DNA of 47,673 bases, taken from an uncultured Nitrososphaerales archaeon (GTDB taxonomy: Archaea > Thermoproteota > Nitrososphaeria > Nitrososphaerales > Nitrososphaeraceae). Position 1 is the stretch's first letter; each line of letters opens with the position of its first letter. Location: assembly GCA_963709405.1 (NCBI GenBank), contig CAVPXM010000023.1:1-47673 (forward strand), in the 5' to 3' direction. Positions 22,502-32,834 of this stretch are shown here, one piece after another. The notes beneath the pieces are model-generated. The model ran no database searches. It saw only the letters and a list, made by a program, of their open reading frames with translations, and had not been told where the DNA came from. A program made the position numbers and the translations under genes.

Positions 22502-23728
22502 ATGGTAGCCAAACCGCATCTTCCTAACGGGAATAAGCTTTTAGTGCCCAATGATACAAATTTAGCTAGATTTATGGTGAGCAGTAAATATGTGTTAGAT
22601 GGATTCGCAACACCTGAAGGTACAAAGAAATATGCTGCCTATTCTGTCAAGCTAGGGACACCATCCGATCACTTTCGAATTTTCGACGACTTATACCTCT
22701 CAAGTATAGGTATGGGAACATACCTAGGACAATTAACAAGTAAGGATGATAATGACATGGAAAATGCAGTTTATGAATCGGTCAAATCTGGAGCAATAAA
22801 TGTTGTCGACACTGCCATCAATTATAGAGCAATGAAATCTGAAAAAAGCATAGGGCGCGCGTTATCCCGACTGGTACAGGATGGAATAGTCAGCAGGGAT
22901 CAAGTATTCATATCCACAAAAAATGGATATGTCACTAACGATGGAGACTATCCGAGCGTTGACCTAATGGAGTATATCAATCGGATGTATATCTCGCCTG
23001 GGATTATAGGACAAAACGACATAAGCTCGGGCTATAATGTCCTCAACCCAGCATATATTGCAAGGTGTATCGATAAATCGTTATGTAATCTGCGCCTCGA
23101 AACTATAGATCTAGTTTATGTCCACAACGCCTACGAGAGTTGGTATAATGATGTGCCTAAGGACAAATTCATGGAGATGCTACTTGAGACTTTCCGGGTA
23201 TATGAAAAGTACCGAGCATCGAATCGGATTCGATATTACGGTATGGCTACATGGACATGTTTCAGAGTGCCTGCTGAGAGCAAAGAGTACTTGTCACTAG
23301 AACAAGTTGTTAAGCTTGCTGAAAACGCCTGCGGGAGCAAACAACATGGATTTCGGTTCATACAACTTCCTTATAATTTGGCCTATAACGAGGCGTTATT
23401 GCTAAAGAACCAAACTGTTGGATCAGAAAATAAGTTAACTATCCTAGAAGCGGCAGAGAGACTAAACATTGGTATATTTACTAGTATACCTTTCTTCCAA
23501 ACTCGATTGCTCAAAGCCGACATACCAAACTATGGTACTGGATTGGATAGCAAGATTGCAAGAGTTACGCAAATAATAAGGTCTACTCCAAATGTAATAG
23601 CTCCTCTGATTGGTCAAAAGAAGCCCGAACATGTCAAAGAAAATATTAAAGTCGCGCAGATACCACCGATGAACCTACCGGATTTCAATAGAGCGGCCAG
23701 AATTCTGTTTGGGGACCAGTATAAATAA
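22502..23728 (+). CDS. Aldo/keto reductase
   Basis: IGMGTY, DTAINY, SEKSIG, ISTK, IDLVYVHN and IQLPYNL. The start may be the internal Met near 22574. Confidence 0.92.
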   Translation: MVAKPHLPNGNKLLVPNDTNLARFMVSSKYVLDGFATPEGTKKYAAYSVKLGTPSDHFRIFDDLYLSSIGMGTYLGQLTSKDDNDMENAVYESVKSGAINVVDTAINYRAMKSEKSIGRALSRLVQDGIVSRDQVFISTKNGYVTNDGDYPSVDLMEYINRMYISPGIIGQNDISSGYNVLNPAYIARCIDKSLCNLRLETIDLVYVHNAYESWYNDVPKDKFMEMLLETFRVYEKYRASNRIRYYGMATWTCFRVPAESKEYLSLEQVVKLAENACGSKQHGFRFIQLPYNLAYNEALLLKNQTVGSENKLTILEAAERLNIGIFTSIPFFQTRLLKADIPNYGTGLDSKIARVTQIIRSTPNVIAPLIGQKKPEHVKENIKVAQIPPMNLPDFNRAARILFGDQYK

Positions 23729-23913
23729 CATTCAGGTGGTGTGACTGTTGTTAGTCGATCTCTAAATTAAGCACAACCTGGGATACCCTGATAGCCAGAA
23801 AAAGGTGCACCCAGATCGATAATAGAGCTGATTCAGGATCTTGGGAGGATTCTTCCTAGTTTAAGGTGAATATTGCACTCTTTTTGCTTATCATAATATA
23901 TTTTTTTTGACTG

Positions 23914-24072
23914 CTAGGTACGACGAGTGCGCGTACCCCTGCTTGGGCTAAGGTAGCTTTTACAACAAGAATCAGAACAGAAGAATAATAGGCCTTTACC
24001 AAAACTGGAATAGCGCACCCCCTCTATGAAGTCGTCATACGATTTTTTGCAACTATTGCAATTCCTGAACAT
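23914..24072 (-). CDS. 52-aa TRASH/YHS-like metal-binding microprotein
   Basis: MFRNCNSCKKSYDDFIEGVRYSSFGKGLLFFCSDSCCKSYL has CxxC...FCSxxC. TTTTATAA lies about 25-30 nt upstream. Not in the ORF track. Confidence 0.7.
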   Translation of the reverse strand: MFRNCNSCKKSYDDFIEGVRYSSFGKGLLFFCSDSCCKSYLSPSRGTRTRRT

Positions 24073-24560
24073 CACAATAATAAGTCTGTCTCTAATTATA
24101 AAACCCTTGTTAACACTCGCCTAAGAACCCATTATCTACCAGCACCTATTTATTAAATACTTCATTCCCCTCGCAGCTGGTGTTTATCCGAATGATGGAC
24201 CTTAATCTATCTTTAGGAAATAGTTGAACCTATAATTAATCCCGAGATTGTATTCTAAAGATTTCCTAGATCTGAGGATTAAGAAATGATTCTATAGGTG
24301 AATTCAGCGTTAAATAGCTCCTTATTTAGTCTAGAAATGCATAATGTTTAATCTTGTGTAGAGAGGTGAAGGCATTAGGCGCAATCGAGTAGTTATCTAT
24401 TCCCACAAGAAGAAATATTTATGAAAATGCGTACTTCGTGACATTAGCTAGATGCAATTTAAAGAGTAATAATAATGATGCGATGGATTATTTTTTCATA
24501 ATTATTAGGCATTATTATTACATGCAGGTTATATATTCTGATTAAATATCTTATATTTTG

Positions 24561-25763
24561 CTAACTCGGCTCCAACGATGATGGTATTGCATCGATAATG
24601 CTCAGAAAGCTTACATTATCGGGCGGTCTTATGATATTGACGATATCGAAGCCAGATGACCTCAGCAATTCGTCGAATTTTTTTTCAGTTCTTAGTCTTC
24701 CACCTCGAGTGAGTACAAGCATTAGTATATCCGTAAATTTACCAAAAAAGGGTTCATTTCCCTCTGGCATAATGGTTTCGATAATTAGCAATCTTGGATT
24801 TCTATTTTGTGTGTCGCCTCTGTTTAAATTTATCAGGTTAGTCCTTTTCATAGACTCCAAACAATTTTTCAAAATCATACTGGCAGACTCGTCATCCCAG
24901 TTCAAGATTACATTCTTTATTATATAACAATCTGCGCCAGTAGGAATTGATTTGAAGAAATCACCCTCTATCAATTCGCAACGTGAAAGTAGGTCATTCT
25001 TACTATCATCTTTTGAATTTATGGATGAGCCACAGTACACACTTTTGGCACTTTCAATTGCATTGGGGAGATCGAATAAAATCCCGTGCTGATTTGGATT
25101 TTCCTTCAATATAGTTGATAAAAACACGCCTTGTCCCCCGCCAATATCTATGATGGTTTTAAATTGTGAAAAATCATATAATGGAAAGATTGTCGAAACA
25201 TAAGATAAGTTGAGTGACGTCATTGCATTATTAAATATTTCAGCATCATTAACGTTTTCTTTTTGCTGAAAATACTCGAACATATCTAAACCATTTGCAT
25301 GTTTAAATGAATTCTGGCCAGTTCGTACTGAATACAAAAGATCTGTTGTAGCATTATTAAACGACTTTAGTCCAAACAATAATGCCAAGTCCCTAATCGA
25401 ATTTTTTGTTCCTGATTGCAAAAGAGAAGCAGTGGGCGTTAGCTCAAATCTCCTGCTATTATTTTCTTCCTCAGGAGTTCCTGCTTTCATTGTTTCATGA
25501 AAGATGCCAATGCTAGCTAGCATACGCAATAGCCTATAAAGGGAACCAGGGTGAGCATTGGTCATTCTAGCCAACTCATCGATGCTCTTTGCACCATCTT
25601 TTAAATAATCAGGAATCCTAAGTTCTGCAACAATATAAATCGCCTGACTAACTAATTGTCCTCTAGCAAGGATATCAAAAATTGTAAAAGCTGGGAATTG
25701 GGATGGCAACATGTGTTCCTCAGAATTCTTACCATCTAACTGATTTGGATCAGTACTTTCCAT
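24561..25763 (-). CDS. SAM-dependent O-methyltransferase (Methyltransf_2 with dimerisation domain)
   Basis: LYRLLRMLASIGIF, IIDIGGGQG, LFDLP, GDFF, VILNWDD and GGRLRT. Confidence 0.93.
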   Translation of the reverse strand: MESTDPNQLDGKNSEEHMLPSQFPAFTIFDILARGQLVSQAIYIVAELRIPDYLKDGAKSIDELARMTNAHPGSLYRLLRMLASIGIFHETMKAGTPEEENNSRRFELTPTASLLQSGTKNSIRDLALLFGLKSFNNATTDLLYSVRTGQNSFKHANGLDMFEYFQQKENVNDAEIFNNAMTSLNLSYVSTIFPLYDFSQFKTIIDIGGGQGVFLSTILKENPNQHGILFDLPNAIESAKSVYCGSSINSKDDSKNDLLSRCELIEGDFFKSIPTGADCYIIKNVILNWDDESASMILKNCLESMKRTNLINLNRGDTQNRNPRLLIIETIMPEGNEPFFGKFTDILMLVLTRGGRLRTEKKFDELLRSSGFDIVNIIRPPDNVSFLSIIDAIPSSLEPS

Positions 25764-26811
25764 ATTTTAACAATTCTACGTAATAGATGAATAGTCTTAT
25801 TTGTGTTTACACCTTCTCTCAGGATCATTTTGGTTAATAATATAAGAACGTTGTTTAGCTCACATCAACCATTCAGGTAACATAATGTTCTGTTAACAGT
25901 GTACTACATGTTTCTGAAATACACTCGTCTCAAATATCAAGGTTCTCGATTGAATCATCATCTTTTTAGAGTTATCTGCTTTTGTTTGCTACATTATACT
26001 ATTTCAGTCGTCTGACATCTCCTCTATCAATACCGATAGATCCCTAACCTCAGTTAATTATATTGCACCTCTGCTAAATATTTAGGTATTTGTCAAAACT
26101 GTTTAGTATACTATTGTGCTAACTTGTTAGATTAGTTTGAATTGATATAAAGTCAGAGGGGACGACATCTAGTCTTCAAATGTATTTGTCGTAGGATATT
26201 CTGCAGCACCGACCAGATTTGGATTCAATCATGACAGGTCAGAACCAATTTTTATCCTCTGTTCAACATAGTATGATTTATGACTTTTATTCTTTGAACT
26301 AGACTATGATTAAATTAGTTAATTTATTAGAAAATTGATGACTGAAAGACTGTCATTAAAAGCGACGGATACGATAATGTCTAGACAAAAAGGTAATCAG
26401 GATTTTCAAGTTCTGTTCCGAAAAGCCTAATTTGAATATGAGAACTTTTACTGCTTCGTCATTTCCATGCGAACAGACCCTTCTCACCGCCCCTCGAGAA
26501 TTTATCTGACGTACACAATCATGTGGCAAAAAATCTAGCCAAATATTCAGATATAAAATAGGTAAAAGAATAGTTAAGTTACTATTTCGAATTGGTTATA
26601 AAATTTTGGAATTCCCTATAAGACCGGTCCATTTTCTACTATGGTATTTTTATTCAGTTTGTAATGTAATTACCAATTCTTATGCTAGATCATCTAACAG
26701 GATTTAGCATGTATAGTCTATTGATAGTTAACATCGTTTTAACTATCAATGTACGTGATGATCAAATCCAAAAGCATATTATTGGAAAAATAAAGTATGT
26801 GAATATTAATC

Positions 26812-27060
26812 ATGGAAAGTAATAAAGAAAAGAACATGCAACGCCGCGTAGAAAATTTACTTAAAGGCAATCCTTCCTCATCTTATTCAAGAGAGGAGAT
26901 TGTCAATTTGCTGTCTTCTGATGGAGTAGGGACACAAGAGGAATTAGAAAAGGTTCTTGGCGAAATAGAAGTATGGAGTTCCATGAAAGATAATCAGTCG
27001 TCTATCTGTTCTTCGTGTAAAGGTGGAACTGTGTATTTTCAATGGGAACATACACCATAA
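26812..27060 (+). CDS. Hypothetical protein (possible winged helix)
   Basis: 82-aa ORF with a TATA-like sequence upstream. Confidence 0.55.
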   Translation: MESNKEKNMQRRVENLLKGNPSSSYSREEIVNLLSSDGVGTQEELEKVLGEIEVWSSMKDNQSSICSSCKGGTVYFQWEHTP

Positions 27061-27560
27061 AATATTCCTGCCTTATTTGATTGATATTCGAATTTTCTGA
27101 TCAGACGTATATCGTCACCGGTGACTATTGGTAAGACAATCTATCAAGTTAACGAATCTTTCATCATTCTTCATTCTGTTAGTAACTACATAGAATGAAG
27201 CAGCTCAATTAATATTGCCCCCGGTATTTCAGAATCAAAATTTTATTGCTTTCATTGAAGCCTTAAGCTATGGACCAAGCAACACCAATTATTGATGAGG
27301 GGCAGAACTACTGCCCAATTGAATCGGCGAATAAATGTTACGAAAGGTACAACTATTCAAAGACTATAATGTGCCAGAATTATTCAGAAAAAGTTGAATA
27401 CTTTCAAATAGAAGTAATTGAAAATTTTCATAGTCACTAATTGTCGCTTTATTGATAATATAATACCATATATTTTGAAACGCGATTCATTAGATAGGTG
27501 GTTTGATAGATATCACAGTAGCCTGGGAAGTGGGGTATAAAAGTCAGTTAGATAGAATAA

Positions 27561-27638
27561 GCGCGCCGGTTGCTCAGGCCGACAAAACGATTGGTCAGGA
27601 GCCGGATGATGACGGGTTAAATTCCAGTCAGCTCCACA
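27561..27638 (+). ncRNA. Degenerate tRNA-like structured element
   Basis: GC-rich island with GCGCCGGTTGCTCAG...GGTCAGGAGC (D-arm-like) and GACGGGTTAAATTCCAGTC (T-arm-like), ending GCTCCA. TATAAAA about 25 nt upstream. No anticodon arm. Confidence 0.4.
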
Positions 27639-27956
27639 TTTCTAGTACTATGTACAGAAAAAGGGGATTTAGGTATAAGGTTATTTTTGTCTTCGATGAA
27701 ATCAACCAAATCAATAAATGTTATAAATGCGCTAGGCATTCTATTCTTTCCAATCGTCATTCGGTGGTTGGATCTGAAATGCAGATCCTGATTGGCAGGT
27801 TTATGTCCAATTTGAGAATTCCTTTTACAGCTTCCTTTGCAATGCCTAGTTGTTCCGTCTCCGGATTGTCGTCATCCAGCATTCTCAAGCAATTTACAAA
27901 ACATCGCGTAGTAAAAGGATTTCCTGTTTAGATAAATTGAAATCTCTTAATTCATC

Positions 27957-28082
27957 TCATTCCTTTTCTTTCTCGAATTTTTTACAAGTACATAGCCAGT
28001 CTTCACTACCATAACATTTCATATCTTTCCCTCCTATTTCTTCGTGATCAGTTTCTTCGTGTCCACAATTAGCACAGATCAA
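27957..28082 (-). CDS. 41-aa Cys/His Zn-binding microprotein
   Basis: MICANCGHEETDHEEIGGKDMKCYGSEDWLCTCKKFEKEKE. TTG overlaps the upstream TGA; GAGGT SD-like motif upstream. Confidence 0.75.
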   Translation of the reverse strand: MICANCGHEETDHEEIGGKDMKCYGSEDWLCTCKKFEKEKE

Positions 28083-28321
28083 TTCCTTCCTACCTCTCCG
28101 AGTAATTTCTGTATGCGATGCCTTAATCTTTTTAAAGCGTGAGGCTCAAAGTGTTGAATGCCGTTCTCTGACCAATACCAGCCTGGACTGTGAAAAATCC
28201 ATCTTAGTTTTTTATCTGGTGCTTCAAGGTTAATCGTTCGTTGAATTGATGTTGAATCCTTATGTATCTTTAGATTAATAACCAATTTTCTTAACTCATT
28301 TATTATTTTATTTCTTGTCAA
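28079..28321 (-). CDS. Hypothetical protein (mobile-element-like)
   Basis: 80-aa ORF coupled to the downstream microgene. Its C-terminus RIQKLLGEV resembles RIQKILEEV of 28624-28977. Confidence 0.55.
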   Translation of the reverse strand: MTRNKIINELRKLVINLKIHKDSTSIQRTINLEAPDKKLRWIFHSPGWYWSENGIQHFEPHALKRLRHRIQKLLGEVGRN

Positions 28322-28623
28322 GTTTTCGTTGAAGTCAAGAGATAAGACTTAATATCTTTATAACGCACATTCATTGATAGTATTCTCTCCAATTTGTAAA
28401 GTACTTATCGATTTTCATTTCTATGTCTGATTTCCATTCATTATATTGTATGTCGTTGTTATCAATGCTCAGATGCGCTCCTTACACTTGCCATGTTCGC
28501 CTTGAGGTATTAGGTCGAATTTAATTGATTGCTGCTGCCTCTCACATTTAGTCATAACTTCGTTTACTAGAATGGTGGGATTCATAAGCACCGCTACTAC
28601 TGGCAATAACAATATGAAGCTCT

Positions 28624-28977
28624 TCATTCCTTCTTCACCTCTTCGAGAATTTTTTGGATCCTAGATTTGAATTTTTCCAGTCCCATAAGATCATAATCCC
28701 GAGTATCATTATTGATCTCATAATCAACTAGGCTATTTGAAAGCCATTCTAGCTCATTTATAGAAACTTGAATATTGATTCGCTTTAATTCAGGATTATC
28801 TGGTATACTTAGAGTGTAAAAGTAAGCCATTAAGTCATTAATCGCTCTGAGTTTGGTATCAGGGTCTTCAAAAAAATTGTCAGACGATTCCTGATATTTT
28901 TTTAAACCATGTAAAATAGCACAAACCTCGTCTTCGGTAAACTCTCTGTAGGCGATTCCCTGTTCCATGACTTTCAA
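28624..28977 (-). CDS. Hypothetical acidic protein (mobile-element-like)
   Basis: 117-aa ORF; start overlaps the upstream stop. Confidence 0.65.
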   Translation of the reverse strand: MKVMEQGIAYREFTEDEVCAILHGLKKYQESSDNFFEDPDTKLRAINDLMAYFYTLSIPDNPELKRINIQVSINELEWLSNSLVDYEINNDTRDYDLMGLEKFKSRIQKILEEVKKE

Positions 28978-29091
28978 CTTCCTAATAATGTCACCCTGAT
29001 TCTTTTGCCGATGCAGTTTCTAGGCACAAAGGCATGAGCACAATTACCCAGACTCCTAAGCAATAGTTTCAATCTCCTTTGTTTTAGCCAT
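28974..29091 (-). CDS. DUF2080/AbrB-like microprotein, +1 frameshift at 29058-29059
   Basis: Corrected sequence MAKTKEIETIARSLGNCAHAFVPRNCIGKRIRVTLLGS matches the GNxAHxxVPxxxIGKxxxV pattern. Confidence 0.65.
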
Positions 29092-29149
29092 ATACACGAT
29101 ACTCTGTACAGCATGTGTATATAAGGAATTTAATATATCATTAGGCCCT

Positions 29150-29370
29150 CTTAACTTAACAATAATTTTTATTTTTAGCTTCTTACGCTGCTTAATCGCT
29201 TCATCCCAATCAAATCCTAATTTCTTTATCTTTACAAATCCATTCTTGGTCAATAAATAAGTCAAGAAATTACCATCCCATATGCTCGGTCTTGCTCTAA
29301 CCTTCTTAGGAATTGTAATCCTTCGTCCACTCATTAATCTGGAATCACCTAAGGCTTTCTCATTATGCAC
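29150..29370 (-). CDS. AbrB/MazE/SpoVT-type DNA-binding protein (boundaries approximate)
   Basis: LGDSRLMSGRRITIPKKVR...DGNFLTY...GFVKIKK within ORF 29056-29406. Confidence 0.7.
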
Positions 29371-29649
29371 ACAAATATCTATTGAGGAGCTTAAGAAAAC
29401 CGTCAAGTTGACAGAGCCTACATTTCACAAAAGCCAAATACCAAGTATAGACTAGATGTATATATATCTAAAGAGCAAGAAATCGAATAATTTAATTTAC
29501 TTATTGACAAACTCAGATAAAAGGGATACCACAAGTTTGCTGATGGGATGTGTGAAGGAGTAGCTAAGTAGAAGGAGAGGCTTGATTGAAGAATATGTGG
29601 CTAAGGTTATTAATATCCATCCCCGATTCAGCAATAGAAAAATTGGTTA

Positions 29650-29925
29650 TTGATAATTACGTGGTATGCTGTGATTGTGATATGGCTAAATGGGAAGAGT
29701 TGTTTTAGTCTAATGGGAATAGCCATAGGCGTTGCAGCGGTTACCGTTGGCTTTCTAATAATAGTATTAGGTCTTTTTTTGGCCTTTGCAACGTATGCAA
29801 TGAATATGATCCTAAGCACTGCAGGGCCCTTTCTGTTGCTATCATTGGCACTGATAGTGATTGGAGCTTGGCTGATATACAAAGGTAAGCATGCTATTGA
29901 TCGTGCAAAAGGTGTTAAACAATGA
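29650..29925 (+). CDS. Small two-helix membrane protein
   Basis: Two long hydrophobic stretches; true start probably near 29690-29713. Confidence 0.6.
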   Translation: MIITWYAVIVIWLNGKSCFSLMGIAIGVAAVTVGFLIIVLGLFLAFATYAMNMILSTAGPFLLLSLALIVIGAWLIYKGKHAIDRAKGVKQ

Positions 29926-30933
29926 ATTATGAAATCCCGCTAAAGATGGGGCATTTTTCTGTTAAGGTTGAGGTGAATGTAAAGGGTTGGGATTTATTAC
30001 CTCTACCCCCGACCAAATGGTTCTCCTACGCCGATCGATAAAAATAGCGGTAGTAGAAATCATATCTGATCCGGTAACGAAACAAAGAATCTCAAAATAG
30101 AACTTTATGAAGATACACCTCAAGTAATTACAGATAGGCTGGAATAGGAGAATGCTAATACTAATGCTAATGCTAAAGCATTGGAGGGAGAAAAAGATTC
30201 TATAAAAGAATCAAAAAATATCATTAATACAAAATAAAATAAAATGTAATAATATAAAGCTTGGAATTCCTTCTGATTATCTGTAGGTTCTAATAGAATA
30301 GAACAGAACTCAGACGATAGTCTAAACGAGCAAGAATGTGCAGAAATTCTTATGTCATAACCAATAACCAATCCATCAACAACCGCGGATAAAGAAACTG
30401 CTTGCTTATGTATCGACAATTCCAGAAAATATCCAACTACGGAACTAAATCTGCGAGGATCTCAAGAAAGAAGGAAAGAAAGGATCTGTGCCAGATGTGA
30501 CGATTAATTCGAACATATGATAGTAAATGAATGAGTCGGGATAAAGGCATATTTCTACGACGAGGATGAATCATACTATAGTCCATACCAAATAGTAACG
30601 CAAAAAGTCGCTACACAGAATTCCTGCTATTCCTAATAGACGTACTATATTATGGTATGGTTCATTCGATGAGGGCTTAGGAGGTGCTGTTAATTTAAGG
30701 GATCTTATAGGAAGGGTTGTTCTTAATCCATGCATGAAATCGCTAGCGATATCTATCGGCCATTCCGTTATGTTAACAGGGTCACTTAGGATGAGTGAAT
30801 ACTAAAATACACGAAAATATCCTGCACTGAATAGCGGCGGCAAGGTATACACTTCGTCTAGTAAAATCTGAACCGATAACAAGAGACTGGCTACGGATGA
30901 CTTTAATAGTACACCTTAGATAGAATTTGTTTA

Positions 30934-31221
30934 ATGGATCTGTTTCATCATAATAAATATACCTGTGATCAATGCGGTCAAAAATTTGAAAATAACGAGG
31001 ATCTTATAGAACATGCAAGAAGTATTCATCATCATCCGATTGTAAAATGTCATAACTGTGGCAAAGAATTCATTCACGAGAAGGATAGATTACATCATGT
31101 AAAAGAAGAACATGACATAAGGGCTGATCACCGCACGCATAAATGGGAGCATTCGCATGATAAAAAAACTCCGCAAGAACAAGTTGATGAGCATACGCGA
31201 AACTTTGGTGACAATTTTTGA
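30934..31221 (+). CDS. Tandem C2H2 zinc-finger protein, His-rich
   Basis: YTCDQCGQKF...LIEHARSIH and KCHNCGKEF...RLHHVKEEH. Confidence 0.9.
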   Translation: MDLFHHNKYTCDQCGQKFENNEDLIEHARSIHHHPIVKCHNCGKEFIHEKDRLHHVKEEHDIRADHRTHKWEHSHDKKTPQEQVDEHTRNFGDNF

Positions 31222-31379
31222 ATTCTGCATTCATTGTCTAATAATGGAGATAATCAACTTCAATATCTTTAGTTGGTTAACCTTCTATAGTCAAACGCAC
31301 AAAAAAGGCTCGTTCTTTAACTCATCACCTATATTGAAGGAAAAGGCCCCAAGATTCAGTCATTGAAGTTATCCTTAAT

Positions 31380-31697
31380 ATGCTGTGTGCTGCCTTTACG
31401 AACTCACCACCTGATGTTGTGTGTCGGGCTGATTTAAACGGAGTTGTTAGTGTTAGCAATTTTAAGTTTGTTAGTGCAACGGATAGTTTAGTTTTTGGGG
31501 TAAAGCACTACAACCCTACTGGCGGACCAATGAGTCTGAAGATAGTTAAAACACCTGGAAGTCAAGATATATCTGTCCTAATGGATGGGAAGATAAATAA
31601 TAAGGATGTATCAATAAAAGTAATGAATCCAAAGACTGTGCATATAGATTTTATTATTCCCCCAGGTAATCATGATATACAAGTAAAGGGATTATGA
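31380..31697 (+). CDS. Hypothetical beta-rich protein or C-terminal fragment of a surface protein
   Basis: 105-aa ORF ending SVLMDGK...IPPGNHDIQVKG. Confidence 0.45.
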   Translation: MLCAAFTNSPPDVVCRADLNGVVSVSNFKFVSATDSLVFGVKHYNPTGGPMSLKIVKTPGSQDISVLMDGKINNKDVSIKVMNPKTVHIDFIIPPGNHDIQVKGL

Positions 31698-31819
31698 TTG
31701 TATAACAACTTACTGAACTAGAATATCAATAATTCACATGGATGAGACGGTATAAATATCCTAGATCGGTGATTTCAATATGCAATCGGAGGAAGAGTTC
31801 TAATTTGAATGATGCAAAT

Positions 31820-32428
31820 GAAAATTTTTCGTCATTCATTGTAATTAGCGGTACCAGGCATATCTTTGTAGAAATAGATTCGACAGGATTCAACATGACT
31901 CATGCTTCACAGTACTATACTGATCGAACAGGGTTGAGAAGAAAATATGCGAAATTATCTATCTATTGGAGTCGATGTATTACAACAAATCATATGTTCG
32001 ATTAAGATAAGACGAGCTCCTACAAGACATGATAATATAGATTTCAAGCCAATCCTAACAAGAATAGCTGAAATTCTACCATTATCTGTAGTTACAGCTG
32101 ATAAGGGTTACGATAGTGAAGATAATCACCTTTTAGTAAGAGAGGGCTTGCATGCATTCAGTGTAATCCCACCTCGATATGAACATGAACCAATATTGAG
32201 AACACATGATAAATATAGGAAACAAATGAAACATGGCTATTCCAAATTGTTGTAGAATCAACCGAACAAGGATGAAACTACAATGTCAATCATAAAACGA
32301 CTGTTTGAAGGGCACTTAATGTCTAGATTGACTAGAACACAGAACAGGGAATTGTCATTCAGATGCATAACCTACAACATACATAGACTGACTGATCATA
32401 TAACATTGATGATGGTTTCTACAAAGCT
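31820..32428 (+). mobile_element. IS5-family (DDE) transposase remnant with right end
   Basis: IDSTGF, RHDNIDF, VTADKGYDSE and NKDET..SIIKR across three frames. Terminus GGTTTCTACAAAGC. Confidence 0.88.
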
Positions 32429-32834
32429 CATGAGCGACTTTACTTTAAATAGAGAGGTAGTATTCAGCCTAGTGAAAATACGTTGAGTATTGCTAGCAGG
32501 TTTCTAGACAAGAATTAATTAAGAAAGTTCGCAAGGGATTTTGTTAATGACAGAATAGAATCTGCAGAAGGACTTTCCATTGTTCTCAACCTCCTTATAG
32601 TCCATTTACAGCTATGCTTTACAGTTTAGCAACCATATATCTACTGGGAGCATTATGTGCAGCACAAAGTGGTTTTGAGCAAAAATCCAGTAACAGGAAA
32701 GAGGACGGCTCTTAATACAGCAGTAGCATAGAGTCACCTAATTTCAATTTCAGGTCTTCTACAACCTGGGAAGCGAATGTAGTCACAAACCTGCCAACAG
32801 GGAGGATGGGAGTAAAATAGCAATATCAGTATGT

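Noticed and set aside
27503-27931. 142-aa plus-strand ORF
   Set aside because: It spans the tRNA-like element and the antisense of a decayed minus-strand gene; no motifs.
29965-30015. Hairpin ending in CCGACCA as a tRNA 3' end or second att site
   Set aside because: Pairing is weak, there is no T-loop consensus, and it shares no sequence with 27561-27638.
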